NCBI RefSeq assembly: GCF_009914755.1
Contig: NC_060939.1
Reading direction: 5' to 3' (one strand)
DNA length: 64,000 bases
From: the human T2T-CHM13v2.0 reference genome, Homo sapiens
The position numbers and the translations under genes were made by a program. The notes under the pieces are model-generated. The model did not search any database. It was not told where the DNA came from and saw only the letters and a program-made list of their open reading frames with translations. Positions 1 to 14,805 of this stretch are shown piece by piece; the stretch's first letter is position 1, and the number at the start of each line of letters is the position of its first letter.

Positions 1-425
1 TCTCATCTAAACTATTTGCAACTCCTCTGTCCCTACTTTCTAACTAGTCAAAACATGGTCACTTCTCACTAATTCCACTGCCATCACCTTAATTCTAGGC
101 CACAATTAACTCTAACCTGGTCTTTTCAATAGCTTTGTAGATGAAATATGTGTTGTCTCTTCATGATTTGTTCTCATTATGCAACCACAGTAATTCTTCT
201 TAAATATGAGTCAAATCATGTTATTCTGCTTCCCGCCCTCTTGGCAGTCTAGCAACTCCCTTAGAATAAAAGGCAAGGACCTTACAGCCATCAACCAGGC
301 CCCTTGTGGCCAACTCCTGTTCCTTTTTCACTTCTCTTTCCAATATTCTTGCTCACTCTGCTTCAGACACAAGGAGTCCATGCTGCCTTTTTAAAAAAAA
401 ACAAACAAAAAAAACCCAAAAACAA

Positions 426-427
<2 letters not shown>

Positions 428-477
<50 letters not shown>
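428..477. repeat. (CA)n microsatellite, about 25 units
   Basis: Seen directly. Confidence 0.97.
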
Positions 478-479
<2 letters not shown>

Positions 480-482
480 GAA

Positions 483-812
483 GGCTGGGCATGGTGACTC
501 ATGCCTGTAATCCTAGCACATTGGGAGGGTGAGGTGGGAGGATAACTTGAGGTCAGGAGTTTGAAACCAGCCTGGCCAACATGGTGAAACCCCTTCTCTA
601 CTAAAAATACAAAAAAAAAAAAAAAAAAAAATTAGCTGGGCGTCGTGGTGGGCGCCTGTAATCGCAGCTACTTGGGAGGCTGAGGCAGGACAATCACTGG
701 AACCTGGGAGGTGGAGGTTGCAGTGAGTGAGCTGAGGTTGTGCCACTGCCCTCTAGCCTTGGTGACAGAGTGAGACTACGTCTCAAAAATAAAAAATAAA
801 AAAATAAACAAA
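483..812 (+). mobile_element. AluS-type SINE with an expanded middle A-tract
   Basis: Dimeric Alu; about 21 A in the linker; flanking direct repeat acactggaa (474-482 and 813-821). Confidence 0.95.
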
Positions 813-3800
813 ACACTGGAAGAAGGCATACTCCCGATTCTGGGCCTTTGCATTTGCTCTTTCTTCTGCCTGGAAACATTATTCACCTAGATACCCACAC
901 CTCCTCCAAAGTCTTTGCTCACTTACTGCCCTCTCAGTGATTTCTTCCCTAATTACCTCACATGTAATTGCAAACCCAGCCCCACTGCCTGATACTCCTT
1001 CCCTTCCTTGTCTCTCTTTTGTTTTCTCATGGTGGATCCTTTTACCGCCTGATATATATAGTTTATTTTTTCTATCTCATCTTCAATCCTCATATACAAT
1101 CTAAGCTACATAAAGGCTGCTTTTGGTTTGTTTTTGTTTACTCTTGTGTCTAAATCAATGTAGGTGTTTAACAAATCAGTACTGAAGAAAAAATGAGTAA
1201 TAAACTTATCCAGGAAATAAAGTAGTGACAAGAAGATGAATTTAGTTTGAATGGCCCAGGGATAGAACATTATAAGTGAAGAAATAGTCAAGCAGTTGAG
1301 AAAATAGCTTTCTAAATGAGAGAAAGGTATGTTCAAAAGCAAAGTCCTGAACATCGTTTTATATCTTAAGGTTTGCAAATGGTGCGGTGTGATTAGGAAC
1401 CTAGAATGTGTGGTGCAGTTGGATTATGACACACAACCAAGTCTGAGCCAGTTAATGAAAGGTCTTAACTGTTAAATCATGAAGTCTGAATGTCTTAATG
1501 TTGGCCAGGGAAAAATGGAATATTTTAATCAGTTCGATGCTGTTGATAAAACCTAGTGGTGTTTTGTTGTTGTTTTGCTTTGGTATAGTGATATGTAAGA
1601 CATGTTTTTCCTGCTTTAACAAAAAAAGGCAGTTACAACTTCTTGAGAAGGGGCTACTTATTGATTTGTTACCTTAGAAATGAATGTATACCTGGTCAAA
1701 TTATAATTTTTTTTAAAAATTTAACCCTGGATTTTTTTTGAACAGAATTAACACAGCTTTGTTTCACCTTTACCCAATATGTTTATTCTAAAATAATCAT
1801 ACTTATGTGTTTTCCCCCTCTAAATTATGCCCTATACAATAGGATGATTTTTCATAAAGATGGTATGATTATTTAAAGATACACTGTTTCAAATATCTAG
1901 ATTTTATCTTTATTATGACAAATGAGTTGATGTACACAGTATTCTGAAAGTGTCTGTGTCTGTGTGTGTTTGCTGCCCTTTCTTATTTTCTTGTCTCAAA
2001 GACCACTCCAGTGGTTTTTAAAAGAGATTTAGAATCTTCTTTAGTACTTTTCAGATGAACCAGCTTCTAGCCCTCTTAAGTATTCATACAAAATCATTAG
2101 ATTTTGAATGAGCAGTACCTTACACTAGAAGAAATCAACTAGCCCTTCCTTGGACTTCCTGAGATGTTGTTCTTGTTTCAGTTTTAACCCAGGAGTTTAG
2201 TAAGGTTGGAGAGTTTGGGTTGGTGGCAAGGAAGGTGGATGTTGGGCCTATCTATTCTTTTTCTTACATTTGGTTTGTGGTGTAGGAATGGGTAACACAA
2301 CAGAAAGCAGATTTTTCATTAGCTGAAACTTAATTTATATGATGGCAAATATAGAGAACATATAGCATTCTCTTAACGATTTTCTACCACAAAAGAACAC
2401 TTAATTTTATTATTATATATTTAATGTACTTATGTCATCTTAGGTGACTATAAAACAGAAGAGCAATTTAAGATCACCTGGTTACTTTGACCAATGTTGG
2501 GTCAAAGTTCTATTCTAAATAATGGCCATGTTGGCTAGATTCCCAAATGTCTGTGGCATGCCTAGCTATTTACAAAATACAAGTATAAAACAACCCATGA
2601 TTTTGTATGAACAACCATAATGAAATATATTTATTCAAATGAGGCTCTTGATTTCATTGTTCAGTTTTTTTAAACACTACTTTCATGGACAGTGTGTAAG
2701 CCATAAGATGCAAACTCTAATCTCTATAATCATACTTTGCTTTGTTTCAACAAAAGCAATGTTTTTGAGAATTATTCAGAGACTCAGCTTCTTGTAATTT
2801 GGCTGTTTCCTAATCTCAAATTCACTCTTGAAGGACAAAAGGACAGAATCTTAAGATAATTTCAAATGAGGAGATCCCAGAGTACTTAGGCGAACAGCCA
2901 TGTCATTCATTGAACTTGGTGTCTGAAGTTAACTACTTTTTAGTAGAGGCATTCTCTTGGATGTTTACAAGATAGTTAATGGCTTGGTTGATTACTTAAT
3001 TGGTTACAGATCACTTCATCACCATTTCATCATGAAACCTGATAGACATGATAAATTTTTTTGTGACATGAGGTTACATCCTTCTCGTGTTATACTTAAA
3101 GAAACAATACATAGGGGATTTGTTAGATTTGTTCAAGTGTCTATGGCAATGCTAGCTAAGTTCTTCAGTCACAGCTAGCTTGGAACCATGGACTCTTGAA
3201 GGTATTTTTATCTTTAGGGTTTTCCTCAGGAAAAAATTAATCTTTTCATGAGTCATGTTCTCCTATCTGAGATTTAGCATGTATACATTTTCATAAAAAC
3301 TATTGCAGATAAATTTTAGGATAGAAAGTGAAGAAATATTTGCAGCTGAAAATTTAAGGCGATTTTTTTGAAATTACACCTACTGGTCGCTGCTGCACCT
3401 ATGTCATGGAACATATTGGGAAGACATGCATGGTAGAGTAAGAAGTTTCCTTGGTGCCAGAGAAACCAAGCTTCAAGCAATGGTCCTAACATACGTGATT
3501 TTTCTGTTGTGTTTCTGAGTATTGTTCTACTGTGTGGATATATTCACTTTTTTGTTGACATTTGGGCCATTTCCAGTTTTGTTATTTAGAATAATGCTGC
3601 TGTGCTATGAACATTTGTGGACAAGACTTTTGTGAGACATATTATACAGAAGTAGAAAAGCTGTGAATTATGGTAAATATATGTTCAATGTTTTGAGAAA
3701 CTGCCATACAGTTTTTCAAATTGGATGTACCATTTTGTGTTTTTACCAAGGATGTGTGAGAGCTGCAGTTGCTCCACATTTTTGTCAACACTTTATATTA

Positions 3801-4126
3801 CCAGTGTTTTAAATTTTAGCCCTTCTAATACATGTGAAATCAGATTTCACAGTGGTTTTAATTTGTGTTTTCCTAATGCATAATCATGTTGGATATCTTC
3901 CTATGTGTTTGTAGGTATTAATATGGCTTTTTTGTGTTTGAAGGATTTGGTCAAATATTTTGCACATTTATATTGAGTCGTCTTATTAAATTGTAATAAT
4001 TTTTTATCTTCTGGAAACAAGATCCCTTTCAGTATATGTAGTGAAAATATTTTCTTCATTTTGCGACTTGCCCTTTCATTTCCTTTCAAAGAGCAAAAGG
4101 AGTATATTTTATATTTTGATGAAGTC

Positions 4127-4410
4127 TTTTTTTTTTATTTTTTTGTGGTGGGGGGTTGCTGTCTCACTCTGTCACCCAGGCTGGAGTACAGTGGTGCAGT
4201 CATGGGTCACTGCATCCTCTAGCCTCTAGGCTTGAGTGATTTCTTTGCCTCAGCCTCCCAAGTAGCTGAGACTTGCAGGCACATGCCATCACACCCAGCT
4301 CATTTTTGTGATGTTGCCCAGGCTGGTCTCAAACTCCTGGCTTCAAACAGACCTCCCACCTTGGCCTCACAAAGTGCTGAGATTACAGGGGTGAGCCACC
4401 ACTCCCAGCC
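4127..4410 (-). mobile_element. AluJ-type SINE with internal deletion
   Basis: Antisense Alu, diverged, linker region shortened. Confidence 0.9.
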
Positions 4411-4872
4411 TATTTTTTTTTTTCTATTTTTCTATTACTCTTTATATTTTTTGTGTCCTAAGAAATCTTTGCCCACTCTAAGATGGCAAGATTTTCTCTT
4501 ATCCTTTTTTCTTAGAAGTCTTAAAATTCTAGAATTTACATTCAGATGTATAATCCATTTAGAGTTAAATTTTGTATGTTATGTGGTAAGAGTAGGTGAT
4601 TTTTTTTCCCCATACATATATCCAGTTGTTCTAGTGCCAGTGTTTAAAAAAAATACCATTTTTTCGATTGAATTACATTGGCAACTTTCTTAAAAATCAA
4701 CCACTTTTATGTGGATCTATTTCTGGACTCTATCTTCTACTCCACTGATGTATAAGTCTGTCTTTTCACCAACACTACTACTACTTTGCTACAGCTTCAT
4801 AATAACTTGTGAAGTCAGCTAGTGTGTTATTTGCTAAAATTGCTTTGACTATTGCATGCCATTTGCATTTTC

Positions 4873-5197
<325 letters not shown>

Positions 5198-5620
5198 TGC
5201 ATTTTCATATAGTGTTTAGAATCAGGTTACCCATTTCTATAAAATAAAGATTGCTTGAATCTGTAGGTCAATTTGTGAATAACTGCCACCTTAACAATAC
5301 CAAATCTTCCACTCCATGAACTAGGCATATTTATTTTCTTATTTACATATTCTGTAATGTTTCTTAATAATCTTTCATAGTTTCCAGTGAGGATATCTTG
5401 CTCATGTTTTATAAATTTTATTCTAAAATACTGTGTTGCTTTCATGGTGCTACTATAAATGGAAATTAAAAATTTTTATTTTTTAATGTTTTGCTGCTAG
5501 TATTAACATCTGAAAATGATTTCGATATTTTAATAATAACTTTATACCATGGACTTTGCTGAATTTAGTTGTCATTTCTAGGATTTGCTTTGTAGATTCC
5601 TTAGGATTTTGTACATTTAA

Positions 5621-5963
<343 letters not shown>

Positions 5964-7239
5964 TATGCTATATTCTTCTAAACAAGTTTTTTTTAAGGCA
6001 TTTAATTTTATTAGACTCAAAATGCAAACTTTGTCACATGTCTTAGGGTGATAGCTTTGATCTTAGACTGCTTGAGTGTGCTCTGCATGTATGCCAGCAA
6101 CTTTAGCGGCATTCACATACTGAATGTGGGGTTTACCTTTGCTTACACTCTCCTTTCAGCGTACCTCTGCGCTCTGCAGTGGCTCTGGTTGTCCCTGAGT
6201 GCATTCCCGTTTCCTCCATTCAGAAGTAATGGTAAATTTTTCATTGGAGTTTTACTCAGCTGGTACCACCAGAGTGACTGCAGCTGCTCTTGGATCAAAG
6301 ATACAAACATTTTTAATTAACTCCATGCAGATCTGATTCCTTCTTTCCAAGTTACAACTCTTTCTTTCTTTGAAGATGCTTAGATAATTAGACTTTTTTT
6401 CTAAAAAAAATATTTTTCTGGGGTTTATATTTGCTTTCCTTGAAAGATGTTTGTTAGGAAATCAGTTCTTTACTACAGAAATGGGAATTATGCATTGATT
6501 TAAAAAATATATATCTAAAGGCAATATGGTCTCACTGTAAAAGAGTTTTAGGCTATTTGAATGTGATATTTAAATATAACTCAATTTTTGTTGTAAAACA
6601 TTTCTAGGATTGCTTAAGTATTCCCGATAGAGGCCAATGCTATAGCAAATGAGGTGTTTACCTAAAACAACCATCTCCTTAATACTGGTGGTTGTTCAAG
6701 TAATTTTTTCAAAGACATACATAGTTTTATAATGAAGAAAATAAACATGATGTGTCCTGATTTTTCTCCATAGCTTTATGTCAGCCTCTTCTTACTTGAA
6801 GTTACATTTAGTAATTTAAAATAATAATAAAATCCATTTACCCAGTAGACAGGCATTTAGAAACAACCACCATTGAGTATGCCGTTAAAACCCTTAATCC
6901 CCCCAAAAAACGTAACAATAGGGAAAGGGAAATAGGTAACAAACAGGAAAATCTCTAGCTTTACCTAATAAAGAAATTACTATTGGCTCTACTTTTTGCT
7001 ATGTTTTATTTTATAAAAAAAGAAACATTTGAAAAGAAGAAAATTATAGGAACAGATTATATATTTGACATTATAAAACTTTAAATAAAGGAAAGTTGAT
7101 GGAGCAAGCCACACTAGAGGAAATCAGTGTGGTTTGATTTTTTTCATTGATCCAAAAAGTATTTCAAAAATTTCACACTTACACATCCAAAAAAAAAAAA
7201 AAAAAAAAAAAGAGGTTTAGCACTAGGAGGAACGTAACA

Positions 7240-9340
7240 TATAGAATGGAAGAAGGTGAAGGAAAATCGTCATGATTTGCAGTTGATATGATTTTCTACA
7301 TCAGATCTACAAAAGAATGTATTTGCAGTCTCTTACAGCTAATAAGAGGTGAATGTGAATATATAAAAAAGAAAGAATGTGAATATATAAAAATTAGTGT
7401 TTCTGTACCCAGCATTAACAATTAAATGATAAACCTTAAAATTGTTCCGTTGCTATTTATAATAGTGTTAAACTCCAAGTTACTTAAAAAAAATGAAACA
7501 TGGAAAATCAGTACAGTGAAAAAATATTTTGAGATACATAAAAAGTTCTGAATATAGAGAAATAATCATTATGAAATGTTAATATCAAGATACCAATTAT
7601 CTTTAAATTATCAAGACAATCTCAGTCTTAATTTTTCTGAGTTGTATAGAAATTTATAAATTAATTCTGAAATACACGTGGAAGAGTAAAGGGTGAAAAA
7701 ATATCCAAGATCATTTTGAGCGTGTAATAAGAGACTTGCCCACTCAGATATTGTATGGTTACGAAATTATAGTTTTTAAAATGTGGTCTTGGTAAAATAT
7801 AGGAAAATATATCAATGGAGAACTGAGAGGGCTCAGAAACAATAGACACACTCATGTGGGAACTTGGTATATTGACAGAAGTAGCAATGTAGATGAAAGA
7901 GAAAAATGGGGATCATTACAGGAATTTAGCTGTAAAAGATGGCTGTAAGGAAAAAGTTCACATTGGATTGCCTGAGTTAAAAAAAAAAATTAAAAACAAC
8001 AAAATTGAGACAGAATAAAGATCATACACAGTCATCTTTAGAAGAAAACACAAGGAAATAGCTGTATGAACTCAAGGTAGAATATGATTTCTTAAGTAGA
8101 ACACTGAACATTAAAGGTAGAAATCCTAATGTAAAAGACTAATATATTTGATTACGTAAAACCACTATTTCAGCCCATGTTTGCATTGATGAGCGAGTAT
8201 AGTCGTCAAATTGCAGAGCATTCATTTGAATGGGAACTATATTAGTTAAAATAAATGTACTTGATTTACGCATACACCGTGAAAAGAACTATAAAACATA
8301 CTATTGGTTAAAATATTTGCAGAATGATAGGAACATTTTTATTTTGTTATTACTAATATATACCTAAGGTGCCCTGAGGTGGAAAAAATTCACATCAAAT
8401 TTAGGACAAGGTTGTCTTTGGAAATGAGAGGAATAGGACTGAGGAAGGTTGACAAAAAGAACACGAGCGTCTATGCAAAACATCTTTAAGTGTTAGAAAA
8501 TAAAATACAGCAATACGGGTTCACCTCAGTGAAGGAGTTTCTCCCAGAAATACAAGATTGCTTCAAATTATGAAATTACAAATACAATACTTCACCATAT
8601 TGATGTCTTTAAATGAAAAGGATAAAACCATCCTTATCTCAGAAGATACTGAACGAACGGTTGGTTAGCTACCAACCATTCTTGATCTTAAAAATTATAC
8701 CCTGTTAAAATTGCTGGACAAATTTTTGTTTAAAACATGTTTTTATTAGGTTTATAACAGATATGAAAGAGTATTTATAAAACATTTCAAAGATATAAAG
8801 AATAATGATCACCTATATGTAAATTTTCTGGTATTAAAAATGGTTTGTGTGTGTTCTTAATGTGGTATGATTTATCACTCTAGAAGTATTTTCATTAAAG
8901 CCACGAATTAAACAGTGATATCCTTCTGAACAGTTTAACAATTTTTTGTAGGAGTAATGAAATCAAGCAGGAAAAAAATTACAAATAGAAAAGAGGAAAC
9001 AGAAGAGGATCCTTAATTGTAGATTATGTGACTATATTCTTAGAAGCCTCGCAGGAATGAAATAAACTATTTGATACAATAAAGAATATTCAGTAAGGCT
9101 GCTAATGTTAAAAATATATATGTAAATTATTTGCTTTTATATGTAAATAATGACAAGTTTGAAAAACATAATGGAAGAAGTGATTTTATTTACAATGGGC
9201 ACCAAAAAATAAAAGCAATATATGATAATCACAAAGAGAAAATTTTTAAATGTTAGAAAAAGTTTTTAGCAATGAAACAGTATTGCTTTTGGAAAGGAAG
9301 ATTTCATATTTAAGATGCAGTAATTTGCCTTTTCTAAGTT
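7240..9340 (+). mobile_element. Patchwork of very old L1M (L1ME-like) ORF2/3' fragments
   Basis: A-rich L1-like text (tttgcagttgatatgattttctac; ttaattctgaaatacacgtggaa); boundaries approximate. Confidence 0.6.
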
Positions 9341-10208
9341 GATATGTTATAGCAGTGGTTTTTTTCAAGCACTTACAGACAGCTGATAACCACAAATTAC
9401 CTTATTTCGTCTTCTAGACTACCGGTGAGTTTGAAACGAAAGTGAGACTCAAATTTTGAAGTAATTTACCCAAAATTTCACTCCTGCCTCATGTTATAAT
9501 TAAAAGGTGTTCTCACCTTATTTATCCTAATTAGTGTGTTTCTTGGAGGTAGAACCATCTACCTGCATTCATGTCTCTAATAACCATTGTAGCATAGGCA
9601 GTTGGACTCAGTCTCAAATTCTCACTTGCCTTTCTATGTGAGGAGTCACAAATTTCAGAGGTTGACAGAAATTGGGCAGCTAAGGGCATACCTTTTCTGA
9701 TGTAGACAATGCTAGCCAATCATTTTCTTGTGTCCATATAGTCTCGAAATTGGTAGATTTTAAGCACTTTAACAAAAGTTTGGAAATCCAAAGTCTTTCT
9801 CTGAAATATTTGGATTTTTCAATATTGGCAGCCAACTGAAAAAGTAGTGGCTCTTTCCTGTTCAAATAAACCTCACTTTTGGCAAAATTTGGTCTCTGGC
9901 CTGCGTCTTTGTGACCTTGGACTTTTTCCATACTACTTTCCATAAATTCTGGCACACTAAAATCCATGGGCTTTTCAGGTATGAAGCCACTGTATCTGTC
10001 TATTCCAGAGCGTGACTAATCAGCTCTTTCTATGCTACCAGTTCTAAAAATGAGTTGATCATTGTGTGTGTGCGTACCTGTTTGGAAATGTTTCTGAATG
10101 TGACTAGAAAGAGTCCAATTGAATCTCCTTACATCAATGAGTAGGAATTTGATTGCTCCCCTAGTGTTTTATCAAGCAGTCGTGTATTCTTATTTGTCTT
10201 TCAATCAG

Positions 10209-10331
10209 GTATTTTTGATCACTGTCTGGAATTTTGAACTATATATGATCCCCTTGGCATTGTTGCTGATCTTTGTCTACAATTTCATCAGACCTGTGAA
10301 AGGCAAGGTCAGCAGCATCCAGGACAGCCAG
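10209..10331 (+). CDS. MCTP2: MCTP2 internal coding exon (123 nt, phase 0-0), [41 protein letters not shown]; part of first hydrophobic membrane segment
   Basis: Acceptor tatttgtctttcaatcag|G, donor CAG|gtaagc; peptide recognised as the MCTP2 transmembrane region; joins in frame with the next five exons. Confidence 0.96.
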
Positions 10332-12951
10332 GTAAGCAAGGATTCGGAGTTCTGACATTTGACTGCCGAGAAATGTGTTAACAACAAACTACCACCACCA
10401 CCAAATCATGGCCCAAGTCCATTTCGTTTGAGGTGTAAGGAGCAGCCCTGCAAAGGCACTCATTTTGCAGTGGAGGTCTTCTATCATGAATAATCTGGAG
10501 TCTTCTTTCTGTGGCATCTTACGTTCCTGAGTCTTGGCCTGCATGAAGGGAGCCTCTGGTTCATGGTTATCATTTCCATGCTGGTAGCACATGTCTGTGT
10601 GCTCATCTGATTCTCTGTAGAGTTCCTGTGAACAACCTCCTCAGTCACTAGCGAGAAACCTTTGCTGGCTCTGTGGGCCATTGCTGGGCATGCAGAGAGC
10701 TCTGCAGGGCTAACTCTGGCCTTTCCATGAAGGCACCTTATGCAATGTTCTCTCTGGCTTGAAGGCTCAGGAGATTCCCAGAGGCTTGTCAACTCCCAGG
10801 GCAATCAGAGAGTGGGTGGGCTTAGATCCATCTATTTGCAGGTGCCCACATTTGTCTGGAAATTCCCAAACTTCCTGTCCTGTTGAAGAAAGCAAGACCC
10901 TTTCTCAAAGACATCTCTCCGCATCTACTCATCTCACTTCCACTCTGACTCTCCTGCTCCTGGCCCCCTCATTGCACCCCATAAGATCTTTTTCTGCTCT
11001 GCTCTAGGTGGCCAGGAACTTGTATTTGTAGGCTTTTTTTTTATGATGTAATCTAGGCATTCCAGCTTCAAGAACCAAGTTTTTAAAACAAAAATCTAAA
11101 GTCCTAAGACTTGATTAATTTTCTTTCTAGATGGATCACCTTCACATTTGGTTTCCCAAGAGTCAATCAAACCCTGACTGTTTTTATTTTTCCTTATGTC
11201 CTCATAATGGATTTAAGGGAGGTTTCTGGTTTCACTTAGGAAGGAAGGTGGGAAAAATGAGTATTGTGGCAAGAGGAAAAACCTCAGGCAATTTCAAAAT
11301 TCTATTCTGTTTGATTTTAATTATTTAATGCAATAGGCATGAACACATATCAGTGAGAAAATAGAACCAGCTAATAAATGAATGGCTTTAATAGATCCAT
11401 TTAAGGACTAGGTTTCACAGAGTTATAGATAATGGAAATTTTTACAAAGAAACATCTCTGATATCTATGTTGTCAACTAACATTTTTACAATGTTTACGC
11501 AGGTTTTATGTTGCCCACTGTGTATATATGTTTATAGTATGTGCATATGTGTGCATGTGAGAGCATGTACATATACTGGCATACATGTGCATATTAATAT
11601 ACCTATATGCACATAAGTGTGTATGTATGTATAAAGCCTTTATTTATAAAACATTGAAAATAATTACCTAATTTAGTTCGATAACACAACTATGAGGGAG
11701 GCAAGAACTATTTTCATTTTATGTCTTATGAAACTACAGTGCATAGTGACGAAGTGATTTGCCTAAAGTCACAAAGCAAAAACTACTGGAACCATGTCCC
11801 AAGCTAAAGACTTCTCCCAATTATAGCGTTTTTTCCTCCCATAGCCTGTTTTCATTACCTTCCTGTTTATCCATTGGCTTTCATGAGACATGTTTGCTGC
11901 CAGTTGTGAATAGGTTAGTTCCCCAGAGGACCCATGAGTACCACACAAACTGCTAGCTGAATCTTGTGAGAATTCTAGGAGGTAGGGCTATACCGGCCCT
12001 GAAGAAATTTCTTGATGACTGCTCAGTGGTTTTATGGAATGTAGCAGAGTATTCTCTGGATACTTTAGAGTTACTCCCTTTTAAGAGCATGATATTGACA
12101 ATTCTTTTTACTAGTGGAACAGTGACATCTGAACAGCGTGCCTGACCTTTGCAAGGTTAAGCAGAAATGCAAGTGTTCAAGCTGAAAATAGACCGTGTTG
12201 TCTAACACTGAGCTTTCTTTCCAAACTACTGACCCTATTTGATTATGTACCAACAGATATTAGTTTTTAAACATTGCAGTGCTATGATCAAACTCTGGCC
12301 ATTAAATAGCCAAGATTTTTATATTCATCTAAACAAGGCCGTTAGCAGTACAGCTGGTGCTGTGGCACCTGAGCTAAAGCCAGGCACCCTTAAGTCCAGA
12401 TCTGAGCCTTGAGTTTCCTTCCCTCACCTGCCCCTTCTAACCCTAAACCCAGGGCAAAATAATAATGCCACAGAGAAACCTGTAACTTATTCTTAAGATT
12501 GATTATATTCAGACTAATGCATTTTATACTGTCTGATGTTTCAGTAATGGCCCCAAAGGGAGAGAGCAGTCATTATAACAATGAGCCCAGCACTAGTGGA
12601 GTATGGTATTCTCAGCCTTAACGTAGCAGTTGGTTCATTTGTCAGAATAAGAACAACACTGTTTACAGAAAGTACAACTCAGCAATGCATTTTTAAAGCT
12701 GGATGCCTTCAAAGGGCACTGGCCTAATAGCTTTATTTATAGTCAATGGTTTTATGTAGATTATGCATATTGTTTAGAGTCCTGCCACAGTGTCCCTGAA
12801 CTTTAAAAGAGTTATTGTTTAAGAGGTTGTAATGCATTTCAAAAATATAAATGCTTGAAGTCTGTAGGCAAGCTTTAAAATGTGTCTGAGTTTAATTTGC
12901 ATTTGTTAATTTCGGTTGATGTTTCTATAAACACGTGGGATTTCCTTTCAG

Positions 12952-12993
12952 GAGAGCACAGACATAGATGACGAGGAGGATGAAGATGACAAG
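12952..12993 (+). CDS. MCTP2: MCTP2 short coding exon (42 nt, phase 0-0), ESTDIDDEEDEDDK acidic loop
   Basis: Acceptor tttcctttcag|G, donor AAG|gtgcgt; purine-rich exon; frame-compatible with both neighbours. Confidence 0.94.
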
Positions 12994-14079
12994 GTGCGTA
13001 TGTTCAAGAAAGAACACACACAAAAAAACACTAGTGTTGTCAACAGATAGCATTCCTTCAGGTTGAGTCTCTCTCCTCTCTTTTTTTTTTTTTTTTTAAT
13101 ATGATAGAGTTACCAGTATAGTAATATTATTGTAACTTTTAAAAAGGATATCCCTTTTTAAGATTTTTAAAAATGAGGTTGAGAAGGGTAAAATAGAAGG
13201 AATAATTGAAATGTTATAAAAAGCATAACTATAGGAGGCCTTTCATTGGATACAAGCCAAGATTAGCCTTCCCCTTTATAGATAAAAGGTAGCCTGGGAA
13301 GTCAAAAGTAAATCAAGTGAAATTGCTGCTGCTTTAGGCTCATGTCTGCACTCTGTGGGGTGGTCACCCACTTCCGCGCCTGTCATTTTCCCAGCTGTTC
13401 CTGGCAGCGTTTTCAGCTATATGTCTGTGTACATCTGTCCTTTTCCTTCTCCTGGGAGAATCTCTCAAATCTGCTGCTTTTGTTGTCATTACGCTTTCAG
13501 ACAAACCTTCTGGAATAAAATGAAACAAGTGAAATGCCAAATGAGATGCTACTAGCTTAATGGGCTTCCAGTCCCCTTCACCTGTGGGTATCTGGGGCGA
13601 GGGATGGTAACATGTAGGAAGCTTGTGCAGAGGAAAGGGTAAAAGGGGGAACCTTGAGAGTAAGTATCCAGTGTAAATGCCCATTGAATAGAAATGTATT
13701 CAAAGACACTGGCTCTGTGATACAAAGAGCCTTAGAATTAATTGAGTGGACCAGATGGTTTTGCCCATTTGAAGCAAATGGGGTGGATTACAAAGTAAAT
13801 CTTATTTGTTGTGTTAAGAGGATCATTAATAGCAAAATAATAAAATCAAGTATAATACTTTTAGAGGAAAATGACCTTTTTCAGAAAAGGGTTCACACAG
13901 ATGCAAGTTTCTTATTGATGTCTTGATGTTAGCTAGCGGTTTCTGAGTGATTAAGTCATTGAATATTGTCAAAGGGAAGCTAAGTTAATAAGGTTTATAA
14001 TGGGATATTTTACCAAAAAAAAAAAAAAAAAAAAAAAAAAACAGAAGTATTAGTGAAATTATTTTAAACCTGTATGAGG

Positions 14080-14805
14080 TGATAACTGCAAGTCTAGGCC
14101 TCCTGTTCTTCAGACTGGCCAGCTATCAGGTGGGGGTTCCCACAACCCCTTTCTTGGATTCAACAAATTTCTAGAACGGCTCACAAAATTTAGGGAAATA
14201 TTTTCTTATATTTACTGATTATTATAAAGGACACAATTCAGGAACAGCCAAATGGAAGAAATGCACAGGGCAACGGATGGGGGAATGGGTGTGGAACTTC
14301 CACGCCCTCTCTGGGCATACCCTAGAGCACCTCCATGTGTTCACCAACCCAGAAGCTTCCAGAAACGGTATTTTTGTTTCTATGAAGGTTTCATTACATA
14401 GGCATAATTGACTGAATGTTTGGGCATTGGTGTTTAAGTCAATCTCTGGCCCCCTCTTCCTTCCCTGCAGGTCAGGGCTGGGAGTACTGAAAGTTCTAAC
14501 CTTCTAATCATGGGTGATTCTCCTGGCCACCAGCTCCCCCATCATCAGAGGCTTTCCAAAAGTCTCCTCATTAGCAGAAAGTCAGGTGTGGTTGAAAGGG
14601 GCTTGTTATGAATAGCCAAAAGATGCTCTTCTCATCTCTCTTGCTCTGGAGCTATTTTAGGAACTGAGGACCAAACCAAATATTATAGCAAAAGATGTTC
14701 GTATCTCTCTTATCACTTAGGAAACTCCAGGAATTTTAGGAGCTTTGTGCCAGGAACCAGGGACAAAGAACAAGCATACATTTCTTATTATATCATAACA
14801 TCACA
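14080..14805 (-). mobile_element. MER21-family LTR remnant
   Basis: Ends in ...ggaaccagggacaaagaacaagcatacatttcttattatatcataacatcaca, the reverse complement of the MER21 5' end as I recall it. Confidence 0.75.

Larger units (their letters stand above)
1..1200 (+). mobile_element. Degraded L2 LINE 3' region, interrupted by (CA)n and an Alu
   Basis: L2-like text such as gggcctttgcatttgctctttcttctgcctggaa (~842) and an L2-type 3' end near 1160-1200; boundaries approximate. Confidence 0.55.

Noticed and set aside
304-879. ORFs with HTHTHT runs and Alu-like peptides
   Set aside because: Translations of the (CA)n tract and the Alu; the same applies to ORFs at 4232, 5627, 17410, 18806, 31273, 42011 and 60581.
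7351-7393. 18-bp direct repeat around a short A-rich spacer as a poly(A)-only retro-insertion
   Set aside because: Cannot be told apart from ordinary slippage duplication; similar local tandem duplications occur near 37909, 38454, 58000 and 61010.
10119-10355. 78-aa ORF as a stand-alone gene
   Set aside because: It is the MCTP2 exon 10209-10331 plus in-frame intronic flanks; ORF 48831..49076 is the same situation for the last exon.
14014-14041. Long poly(A) tracts (also near 7189, 41775 and 56074) as retro-insertion tails
   Set aside because: No attached element body or TSD was found; treated as simple mononucleotide repeats.
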